Shown here piece by piece: positions 24,701 through 36,700 of a DNA stretch of 64,000 nt. Origin of the DNA: Hypanus sabinus (taxonomy: Eukaryota); NCBI RefSeq assembly GCF_030144855.1, contig NC_082707.1, positions 196,664,001 through 196,728,000 of the forward strand, read 5' to 3'. A program made the translations under genes and the position numbers. The notes below the pieces were generated by a model that had not been told where the DNA came from, did not search any database, and saw only the letters and a list, made by a program, of their open reading frames with translations. The number at the start of each line of letters is the position of its first letter. Position 1 is the stretch's first letter.

Positions 24701-27700
24701 CTCGTCACTTTCCTCCGACCTCCACGTCTTCGCACCTGGGACCACCCCCGGTGGTCAACCAAGCAGTGCAGCGCGCGTCCACCATCCTCGGCATCTCCTT
24801 CCCGACTCCCGCAAGAACCCCCCAAGCTCCCAGCCTCACAAGACAAAATAACATTCCCCATTGGTTAACAAATGAATACAATCCCCATATCAGCAAGTCT
24901 AAAGTTAAACAACTGCGAGAGAAACACTTATCAGACAAAGAAGCATTCCTACACTTAACAAACCAAAGAAGCCATTTTGAGTAACATACACAGGACATTG
25001 TACATTCTCCCCCCACCAGCAAATGTCATGCCCTCATGACACTACCAGAGTTCCCCAAAGCTTCTTGCAACACACAAAACCCAACCCAGGTGCAGAAAGC
25101 AGCGACATAACTACCCAGAGCAGTAGAAATCACACATGGTTCTCCTGGTTCCACATATGTCAACCGCTCCGGGGGGGGCGCCTTCTTCTCTGAGATCTCC
25201 GTACCCCTTCTGCCAACCCTTCCACCTCACTGGGCTCCCTCTTCACCTGCGAACCCTCTGCCTCGGACACCCCAGGTCTACCTGTCAGATCCTCACTCCC
25301 TCCCTCACGGGGATCCCCCCTCACCTGAGAACCCTCCGACTCACGCTCGGGTTCCACCCTCTCTCCCCCCAACGCTGGCTGCTTCTCCATCTGACCATCA
25401 ACACCTTCCCTCCTCTCACCCAACTCAGTATGGGAAGGGCCAGGAGCCTCCTCTTCTGGTACTGAAATGCCAGCGAATGGGAACAGGGGCCACTCATCTG
25501 AGTCGTCCTCTTCTGAATCGGTATCCATTCCCCGGTTAAGGACCCGTCCCCGCTCTTCAGCAGCGGGCTCTTCCCTCGCTCCGCGCCTTCGCAGAGTCCT
25601 TGTACTAGGCACAACCTCCCATTCTGGCTCCTTGTCCACCTACACCGGGGGTCGGCAACCCGCGGCTCCGGAGCCACATGTGGCTCTTTTAGGTCTGTGC
25701 TGCGGCTCCCTGTTGCTTTGGGAAATAATTGGTTGTGGCGACCCTTTTCCTGGCACATCCGAACCGACTCACAATAAGATAGCCTACGGGGGTTTGCGAG
25801 CACAGAGCTTTGGAGCCTCTGCGCCATGGGGGGGGGGGGCAGGTTGAGGGAGGCTTAAAAGTGAGGCTGAAGATTTCGAATAAAGTTTTTTTCCTTCGAC
25901 TGCAGTTACCGACTCCGTGTCGTAATTTTAGCGCTGCGTGTAGCACACCGCTACATGGTCAGTATTTAATTAATATGTTTTTTATGTTAGTTTGTTAGTT
26001 TTTGAAATGTAAATCTAAATTTGAAGATTATGGTGATCTTGTACAATCTAAATAAGACGTTGTGGCGGGCGACCCATTTCCTGACACATCCGAACCGGCT
26101 CACAATTAGCCAGCGTTCAGGCTAAGGGAGATAGCCTACGGGGGTTTGTGAGTACGTGTCTTTTGCAGCATCCGCGCCCATGGGGGGCGGGTTGAGGGAG
26201 GCTTAAAAGCAAGGCTGTTTAGTTCGAATAAAGCTATCTTTGACTGCAGTTTACTGACTGCGTGTAGCAACCGCTACAACGTGTTTTTATCGCTGGCTGT
26301 CCAGAGGGGAGGTGCTGAAACGCTTTGTCGCGCGTCTGGAAGAAGTGAAAACTTTCCTGGGCAGCAAAGGGCTCAACTTTCCTGAGCTGGAACAGCCAGA
26401 GTGGCTGGAAAAGCTACACTTCATGGTAGACATGACAGCGCACCTGAACACGCTGAACACAGCTCTTCAACGGGGTAAGGACGTACAGCCCTGCACATGT
26501 TGGGGGATGTTTTGCATTCGAGCGCAAGTTGACGTTGCTTGCCAGAGATTTACAGAAAGGCACATTGTCTCACTTCCCCAATTTGAGAGAGTTCAAACAA
26601 TGTCACGACATGATAAATTCGGAGTATTTACATTCTGCAATCATCGCAATGCAAACATCGTTTGGGAAACGCTTCTGTGAGTTCAGAGAGGAAAAAAACA
26701 CATTATCCTTCCCGGTCACTCCCCTAAGCATCGATCCATCCCTACTGAATACGACTGCATTGTCAGGTGTGAGTCAACCTGAAGAAGTATGATAAATATT
26801 TTAATTGCGTATTATTTTACGTATATTCATATGTTTTCATTGTTCAGTGAAATAGTCCTTTTATTTTTCAGGTTGACAGCTGGCTGACGTTATTTTTGGT
26901 TTGCTGCTGGCGGCAAATTTAAGTTTGGCGTTTTTCATAAATACAAGAAGGACTCAAATAGACGTTGAGTATTTTACTTAAAAGTAACCTTCAACCCAAT
27001 GTCTTTTTTTCGGAGTTCAAAATGTTTTTGTTGCATGCAGAAATGTAATTTCGTTTTCTCTGCAGGAGTTCATCAATTTCATAAATGCAACACATTATAG
27101 TTTATTTATACATAGCATAAAGGCAAAACAAAACGTTGTATGCAGTGTTATTTCATTTTAAATGTCAAACGGGTTTTGCGGCTCCCAGTGTTTTCTTTTC
27201 TGTGGGAAACGGGTCCAAGTGGCTCTTTCAGTGGTAAAGGTTGCTGACCCCTGACCTACACTGTTTGGCCCAGGGGCAGCAGGTGATTCCAATGGAGTAC
27301 CTTGATAGGCCTATTCCCATCCTCAGGTTTCACCCGGTAAACTGGTAGATTTGGCATCTGGCTCTCTATTACATAGGGGCTGGCCGCCCATCGATCTGCC
27401 AACTTGTGCTTACCAGGGAATCCCAAATTCCGTAAAAGGACCCGGTCGCCCGGCAATAATTGGACAAACTTCACCTTTTGGTCATACCTCATTTATTCCT
27501 CTGATTTTGTTTGGTAGCCGCCGCCTTGGCCAACTCGTACGCCCGCTGTAACTCCCTTTTCATGTCGGACACATACTTTGGATAGGACTTCCCGGGTAAT
27601 TCAACCCCAAAACACAAGTCAATGGGCAACCTCGCTTCCCGCCCGAACATCAGATAATAGGGCGAGTAACCTGTAGCGTCATTGCGAGTACAATTGTAAC

Positions 27701-30700
27701 AGTGAACCAATTGTCCAATATGACGACTCCACTTACTTTTCTGCCCAATCTCCAGCGTCCCGAGCATATCCAACAGGGTCCTGTTGAACCTCTCTGGCTG
27801 AGGATCACCTTGTGGGTGATAAGGGGTAGTCCTGGATTTCTCAACCCCAAGCATAGTCAGTAATTCATGGACAAGGCGGCTCTCAAAGTCCCGCCCCTGA
27901 TCACTATGGATTTGCCTGGGAAGGCCGTAATGAACAAAATACTTCTCCCATAACACCTTCGCCACTGTCGTCGCCTTCTGATCCTTAGTGGGAAATGCCT
28001 GAGCATAGTGAGTGTAATGATCGGTGATGACTAAAACATTTGCGGTGTTGTTGGTGTCAGGCTCGATCGACAGAAAGTCCATACACACCAGGTCCAGAGG
28101 TCCCGCACTCTGCAAGTGCGACAGTGGAGCCGCCGACGCTGGCAGGGTCTTCCTCCGGATGCAACAACTGCATTTCCTACAGTATTCTTCAACCTCCCCC
28201 TCATCCGGGGCCAGTAGAACCGGTCTTTGAGTAATCCATAAGTCTTTTCCACCCCCAAGTGTCCAGAATCATCATGTAAGGCCTGGAGTACAGTCTGCCG
28301 ATACTTCTCCGGCAGGACCAGTTGCCAACGGCCGTTACCTGGTACAAGATTTGGTTCTTTAATTTTATCCGAGACCACTCCTTCAGTAACAGAGGCACGA
28401 ACGGGTGTTTCCCCTTATCAACCAAATCCACATCCCCCTTCTCTACCACTCTCCACACAGTGCCAAGACCCGGGTCACTCTGCTGAGCAGCTGCCACTTC
28501 CCCCGGACTCAGTTCTGGCAACTGCTTAGTCCGCAGTACGGTCAGGTCACAGTAAGCTAGGTGTATGGCATCGTCAAAAACCCCCAAGTGGTCCACGGCT
28601 CGCTCCAGCCTTCCTCTTCCCTCGGCCTTCACTGTGATAGCAAACTGACACATCGCCTTCACTCCAGGGGCAGGGACACTCTCCCACTCCTCGTCCTTCT
28701 CCTGTTCCCCCGGCTCCCGATGTGACAAAGCATCCGCATCGACATTCTTGCTTCCTGGGCGGTACCTCAGGCTGAACTCATATACAGACAAGACCGCCAG
28801 CCACCGAAGTCCTGTGGCATCCAGCTTAGCCGAAGTCAAAATATAAGTGAGAGGGTTGTTATCCATTCTCACCTCAAACTTGGCTCCGTACAGGTAATTG
28901 CTCAGCTTGTCCACCACCGCCCACTTCAGCGCGAGGAACTCCAACTTGTGAGTGGGATAGTTTCGCTCAGAGGGCGACAAGCTTTGGCTGACAAATGCTA
29001 CCAGTCTCAAAGCTTTGCCATGTTCCTGGTACAGAACAGCCCCTAGACCCTCTCAGCTGGCATCCGTGTGCAGTACATATGGCTTTTGGGGATCAGCAAA
29101 AGCCAACACCGGGGCCTGGGTCAGCGCCCTTTTCAAAGATCGGAATGCCTCTTCACATCGATCATCCCATCTCGAGCCAAAAGGTTTCGCTGGGTTCCAG
29201 TATCCTCCAGCATCTTGCCGCCGGTCCCCCTTCCATTTCTTTCCCAGCGGGGGATATCCATACAACAGCTGAATCAATGGGTGACACATTTTGGCGTATC
29301 CTTTCACGAATCGGCAGTAATACCCACAGAACCCCAAAAATGAGTGCAGACCGCTCACTTTCTGGGGTCTCGGCCAGGTGGTCACGGCCTCTATCTTGGT
29401 TGGATCAGTAGCCACTCCCTCTTGCGAAATGATATGGCCAACATAGCTAACCGAACTGGCATTTGTCCAGGGAAAGCTTCAGCCCTTCTTCATTTAGCTG
29501 GCTTAACACCTTCAACAGCCTCTCCTCATGTTCCTCCAAAGTCGATCCAAACACTATCAAATCGTCCAGGTACATCAGCACCTCCAACAGATTCATATCC
29601 CCCACAGTCCTCTCCATGAGCTTCTAGAAGGTGGCTGGGGCCCCTGATATGCCTTGGGGCATTCGTTCGAACTGAAAGAACCCCAGCAGGCAGATAAAGG
29701 CTGTCTTCTCATCTGGTATTACCAGATCCCACTTCTAAGTCCAGCACATTGAACCATTTCGCTCCACTCAGGCAGGCCAACGTGTCCTCGACCCTCGGGA
29801 CAGTATGTTGATCAGGGACAGTTCGCCGATTCAAAGTCCTGTAGTCAACACTCATTCTTCTTCCGTGCTACCACTATTGGGGACGCATGAGGACGTCGAG
29901 ACTCAGCTATGATTCCAGCTTCCTTCAGCCCGCTCAACTGCTGCCGCACATCCTCAACATCTGCCGGAGCCAGCCGCCGGGATCTCTCTCAGAACGGGAT
30001 GTCCTCCGTCACTCGGATGGTGTGGCGAGTGCTTTTGGAGCAGCCCACATCAAACTCACCCCAAGAAAAAACAGCTTCCATCTTCAGCATCCTCTCCACT
30101 AGCCTGTGTTTCTGCTCCGGCGACACAGGGGAATCCCCGAAGTTAAAGGCTTCAGCGGTCAGCTCCCTTCGATACTCCAACCCCTCCCCGTTAGGGGTCC
30201 TCACTGGTGCGCTAGACATTACCGTCACCAGAAACAGATGTGCCAGCGCAATTCCCCTCTTAAAAGTGATTTCTCTTGCCGTAGTGTTCCTGACTCTTAC
30301 AGCTATTCGCCTCGCATGTACCACCCCTGGTCTCTGCACTTCGGGCCTCACCAGCGCCCCCGCCGGAAATTGTGTCTCCCCTTCAAGATCATCCGGGGCA
30401 TCTACTAACAGGGCTTCGCCCGTCGGCACTCCTGGGAATCTGGGGGTCCCCATCACGAGTGCACCTCCCCTGGTCGGTTCACCTTGGGCCTCGCCTGCGT
30501 ACACCACACTGTCCCTCGTTTACACTCCAGGTCCAGCCCTTAGGAGGCAACCCCTTCTGCGAACACTGCTCGAAACACTGGATGCACCGAGAGGGTCTCC
30601 AGAAAGTGTTCCCCCCCTTTCTCCTTACAAGCTCCCAGGAGCCGTCGCACAAGGGGGGAGTTAGTCCCCACCAGGAGGGCAGCACCACCGGTTTCCACTG

Positions 30701-33700
30701 GGTCAGGACACACCAACACCAACGTCTCAATAACTTCAGATACTCCCACATCGCCCTCCGAGAACTCCAATCTCACCGATAGGTACCTATTGTATGGGTA
30801 ATCACCCTCGCTCACACCCCAAATCTGCAGGGCGTCAAATGGGGTTATGGGCAAATGCTTTAGATATTGGTTGTAGAACGACCGGTACAATAAGGTCACC
30901 TGCGTTCTCGTATCAAGAACGGCTTTTGCGTAAACTCCCTCTATCCGTAAACACACACTGGCACGAGGTCCTACCAGCCCATCCGGAATAAAGGCGTGGG
31001 CACCCAGTGGTCTTCCGGCTGATCTCTGGGAACGTGTTCCTCCAGAGGCTCCAGTCCGTTCCCTCACTGAGCCTCTCCTAAGTTTCCTGACATCTCTCCC
31101 TTCTTAGTCGCAGGGGGGCTTGCCCTCCGCGGGACTCCTTGTCTCTCACAATCCCACCTAAAGTGTCCCTCCTCTCCACAGCTATAGCACAGCCTTGGCC
31201 GCCCACAGTCCCACCTGAAATGCCCCTCTTTCCCACAGTTAAAGCACACGCTGCCAGCTGCCCCTCCTCTTCCAGGACGGCTCCCGCTCCCAACCCACTG
31301 CACTGGTCGCCCCCGGGAGTGGGTACCTCCCCTGTCCTTCCCCTCCAGAGGGGGATCCCTACTCCCCTGGGGGTTGTCAGACCTCCACCCAGCCAACACT
31401 TCCTGTATCGCTGAGGATCGCTCCCGTAGGCCTGAGCCCCTTTTCCGCCCCAACGCTCTCTCTTTCTCCCGCACCTCTCTAATCAGTTGCCCGAACGATG
31501 GAGGGGGGCCTTTCCTATAAGCCTGCCGGATAGTCCACACCACCTTGTCCTCCTCCAGAGAGCCACTGAATACCTGACTCATTCTTACACTAGCCACGTC
31601 AGGTGCCTTTACTACCCCCTGCCGCCGCAACCCCGTAAGCATCTCCTCCACCCGAAATATGTACTCGGAGATATTTTTCCCCTCTCCGTTGTTCCAGGTG
31701 TTGAAACTCTGCTAAAAGCAGCCAGGGCTCCCCGGACAACCCAAACGCTCTCTCCAAAACTTCTATCATTCCTCCACTGAAGCCCCAGGCTCTTCAGCTT
31801 TCAAATCCCGGACTGTTTTGGCCGCCGCACCCCTCAAACTTCCCACCAATCGCTGCCTCTTCTCCTCCTCCGAGCCTGGCCACTCCTCTAACATCAAAGA
31901 CGCATGCTCGATCCAGGTCTCATAGTCCACCTCCCTGTCCGGAGTAGGCTTAGCTCTGGAGAACATCCCCAGCTTCAGCCGTGGCCTCTCGACCACTCCC
32001 ACTAGGGAGTAAAGTGCGACCGCCAGCTCTGAGGCCTCCACCGTCCCTGGGGGGGGGGGCCTAGTCACGCCTCCCTCCTCCGACCCCACTTTACTAGTGA
32101 CGGGCACCTCTCTGGGGGCCACCTCTAGCTCTAGCTCCTCCTCCGGTGTCTCCTCATCCTCGGAGGGAGTGTGGAGCCCCCACGGCCCCGCCTCCCCGGA
32201 GCACTGACCGTCGCCGGCAGTTCCAACGTCCTGACGTCAGCACTCGTACAAACCAACACCCAGCTAGACTCTACCTCTTTACCGCACCGTCTAGCTACCA
32301 ATTCTACCTGCCCAATACCGTTTACCAAACTTAACCCCCGCACTAACGCGTTCCCCGAAACTCCAAAATCCACCCCGCTCACTACACAGGCATACTGCAC
32401 CGGTACATCTTCCAACTCGCACCAGCTAACAATCTTATCTCTGTCCATCTCCGCGCCGCTGCCTGCGCGATTCCACAGCCCCTGACAATCCAATCTGGGA
32501 TGAGCACCCCACAAATGTAACATCTACCCAACAGGCTGGTATATGTCTAGGGGAAAATGAGATCCAGCCACTCACCAACCCCACCTCCTGTACACGCAGG
32601 TGCTGTGGGAATCAAGTTTATGCCTCGCGCATGCACACAGTATCAAATTCACATTAGATACCGTTATGTAATACACTTTAAAGATTTTACTAAAACTAAA
32701 GGAGTACTAGGCAATACAATATATATGAAAGAAAAGAAAAAGCAAAAGGTGCCAACTTATCAAAGTTCAGTCAGTTTAGTGCACATCGTTGGAGCTCAAC
32801 CATTGAACCATTCGACCCCTCGTCACTTTCCTCCGACCTCCATGTCTTCGCACCTGGGACCACCCCGGTGGTCAACCAAGCAGTGCAGCGCACGTCTACC
32901 ATCCTCGGCATCTCCTTCCCGACTCCCCTGAAAACCCACGAAAACCCCCCAAGCTATCAGCCTCACCAGACAAAATAGCATTCCCCATTGGTTAACAAAT
33001 GAATACAATCCCCATATCAGCAAGTCTAAAGTTAAACAACTGCGAGAGAAACTCTTATCAGACGAAGAAGCATTCCTACTCTTAACAAACCAAAGAAGCC
33101 ATTTTGAGTAACATACACAGGACATTGTACACAGGATATCAACTAGGCAGGTTGCACTATGAGGTTGCAAACTATGAAGTGGAAGTTCAGCTTGAAAGCT
33201 GATTTTTACAGTTTAAAACCGTGTTTAGTATGGGATGTTACATCTGTTCTTTGTTAAAGCATTTTTCATCACAAGAATCACAGAATCATATACTGACGAA
33301 GGCCACTAGACCTATCCAGTACATTCTAGGTCATAGTAGAACAATCCCATCTCCCTGCTGCTTCACCAAGTACATGTACAAGTTCAGGTGCCTATTCAAT
33401 TCCCTTTTGAAGGCACTGGTTCTTGCCACACTCCTACAGGTAGCGAATTCTAAACCAAAACTACTGACACCACCTCACATCCTGCATAAAATTATAAAAT
33501 GTGTCCAGAGGGCCATCTGCTACACTCTACCTTTTGTTACGAATGATGAGGAACTCTGATGGGCAGAAGGGTACAGAATCACTAATCCCCCCCCCCCCCC
33601 CCCCCGCTTTAGGAGAATCGCAAATCGCTACTATTCCAATGCTGTTATCAAGGGAGATGAGAGAGACACAGGATAACAGTAAAGGCAGTTGTTATTGATA

Positions 33701-36700
33701 ACACTCTTGAAAAATTAATGAGAGAGAGGCCCACAGGTTGGAATGTCTCCTATTGACAAAAAGAGAGATTACTGCTATTGTCTTTTGGAGAAGGTTTGTG
33801 TACTAGGTACTGTTCTATTCATTGAAACCCCTCAAGGAGCAACCAGCGTGGACTGTTTTGATGGGTTACATCATCTCAACCTGATTGATACCTGAAACCC
33901 CCTGAGTGGGGATAAAACTAGGGTCTGGGGAAAATCCCCTCAGACGCACCAGGAGAGAAACTACAAAACCGGTGGGGGCTTGTGTGTGTGTCCACCCTTG
34001 CCTGGGTGACGAGTCCGCCACGGAAGAACGGTCTAGCTGAAGAATAGAGGGGTCATACGTGAATGGCCACAACAACAATGCATCGACGGATCAAGATCGT
34101 AAAAGGAAAGTCAACAAGTCAATAGCTGTTACTGCTTTCTCTCTCTCTCTCTCTCTCTCTCTCCAACAATTGCAACACAGCGACAACTACCGCAGCCTGC
34201 ATGAACTGAACTTTATATTTCCGTTGGGACAATTCATTATCCCCTAGACAACGATACAGCTTCTTATTGATTATTACTATACCCGCACTTTTAGGTTTAG
34301 TATTGATGACGTATGTTATCTGTATATTTGCATTGATATTATTTTTGTGTATTTTTACTAATACTGTTAAAAATAGTATCACCAGACTCTCAACGGATAC
34401 TCTGATCTTTGCTGGTAAGACACCCAGTTACGGGGTTCATAACACTTTCCTCTGTCAAAACCAGTTATGACCTTGTACAGCTCTAAAAAATTTCATCTCA
34501 AACTTTGCTCCAAGGTGGACACCATCAACTCTATTATAGGAGCTTTTCTAATATTTTTTAATCTACATCCTCTTCTGGCTAATGGAAAAAGGTGGTGTAC
34601 TCAGTATTATAAAAGGTTCCACATAACTTGGCTGTTTTTGTACTTTTTAACTCATTTTATGAATTTGAGGATCACACTTAACTAATTGAGCAACACATCA
34701 CTCAACATGCTTAACTAATGATATATGCATAAAGACTCAGGCCCTCTGTTACTGCACACCCTAAACAATTCTGTCAGTAGTCAATATAATCTCTTATTCA
34801 TTTGGCCAAAATCTATCACTTGTCATATCTTTGCTTGGATTTCATTTGCCCACTTGTCTACTCAAAGGCTATTAATTATCCCCACTGTTTAATCACACTT
34901 TAAAGCTACAACAGGAGTCTCATGAAGCAAAAGTACATAAAACGAACAGCCAGATTAGTCTGAACCTAATCTGACTTTGTCTACACTCTACAGGGTACAG
35001 TACAGGAGTAGGAGGGGAAAGTATCTTCCACTGTATTAACAAAAGAAACAAAAACAGACAGTCCATTCAAAAAGCAACACAATGCATGATTCACATTAAA
35101 CTTGTACAGTTCTTGTTACCATACTAAATACCATGCAGACGACATGTAAACATAGAAAATCCAGACAGGGAAAGATTAAAGGTCTACTTGGTTTGTGATT
35201 TGATATACTATTAGTTTGATAAGAATGTGGGATTTTTGAAGATGGTTGATTTTACCCTGCAGATTTAAGCCACTTGTTTATGCAATCCCCATACAAGCTT
35301 TTTATTTCTATAAAAAAACAATATTCTACTTGAATAATTAACACTATTGCTTTTGACTATAGAATCAGAAGTTTTTTTTGAAATCTGAGAGGATTATATA
35401 AATCTTAACGCACACTTTTCTAGATATAATATCTGCATGGCACCACCATACCTGTTCTTTCAATCACAGAAAACATACAGCACAATGCAGGCCCTTCAGT
35501 CCACACAGCTGTGCCAAACAGGTTCTTACCTTATGTTATCCCCTTTGGTTCAAGAGCCTAATGGCTGATGGGTAATATCTGTTCCTGAACCCAGTGATGT
35601 GAGTCCTGAAGCTCTTGTGCCTTCATCCTGATAGCAGCAGTGAGAAGAGAGCATAACCTGGGTGGTGGGGTCCCTGATGGTGAATACTGCTTTCCACAAC
35701 AGCGTTTCATGTGTTGAATGGTGGAGTGGGCTGTATCCATTACTTTTTGTAGGATTTCTGTTCAAGGGCATTGGCATTTCCATACCAGGCCTTTATGAAA
35801 CCAGTCTATATACTGCACATCCATAGAAATTTGTCAGTTTTAGATGTCATGCCAAATCGCCACAAACTCCTAAAGAAGTAGAGGCGCCACTGTACTTTCT
35901 TTGTAATTGTACTTACGAGCTGGGCTCATGACAGATTTTCCAAAATAATCTATATACTCCTGTATCCAGGTCTTTTTGAACACAATCACCAATGGCTTTC
36001 GATTTCTATCCACTGAGGAATAACATCTCCTCATTGATAACCAGCACAGCATGTCAAGGATGTGTGTTTAGCTCACTACTCTACTCTTCAGTCATGACTG
36101 TGCAGCTAGACGCAGCTGTAACTTCACTAATGACACAAATGTTGCAGGCAGAATCTCAGATGGTGACGCGACGTAAAGGTTGATCGGCTTGTTGATTGAT
36201 GTCTCAACAACAACTTTGTATCCAATGTCAGTAAGACCAAGGGATTGATTGTGGACTTTATGAGGGGGGAAGTCAAGAGAACACACATCTTAATTGAAAG
36301 GTCAGCAGTTTCAGGTTCCCAGGTATTAACAACTTAGAGGACCAAATATATCAATGCACTCACAAAGAAGGCATGCCAATGGCTATGCTTCATTACAACA
36401 CACACAAAATGCTGGTGGAACGCAGCAGGTCAGGCAGCATCTATGAGGAGAAGCACTTTCGACATTTTGGGCAGAGACCTAACTGAAAGGAAAGATAGTA
36501 AGAGATTTGAAAGTAGGAGGGGGAAGGGGAAAATGCAAAATGATAGGAGAAGACCATCTCCGTGGTGCTCCCCTCCCCCTTTCTTTCTCCCTAGGCCTCC
36601 CGTCCCATGATCCTTTCCCTTCACTAGCTCTGTAACCCTTTTGCCAATCACCTTTCCGGCTCTCAGCTTCACCCCACCCCCTCTGGTCTTCTCCTATCAT

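Larger units (their letters stand above)
24398..33131 (-). mobile_element. Full-length decayed Gypsy/Ty3 LTR retrotransposon with PNMA-like Gag
   Basis: Two TG...CA LTRs, 4-bp TSD CAGG (24394-24397 / 33132-33135), PBS and PPT, domain order gag-PR-RT-RH-IN, multiple frameshifts and stops. Confidence 0.97.

Noticed and set aside
24439-24984. 181-aa ORF inside the LTR (with a counterpart at 32557..32931)
   Set aside because: No recognisable domain, and the frame differs between the two LTRs because of an indel.
25160-25639. Separate env-like or accessory ORF downstream of integrase
   Set aside because: In frame with integrase once the hAT is removed. It is an acidic, disordered integrase tail with no signal peptide or transmembrane segment.
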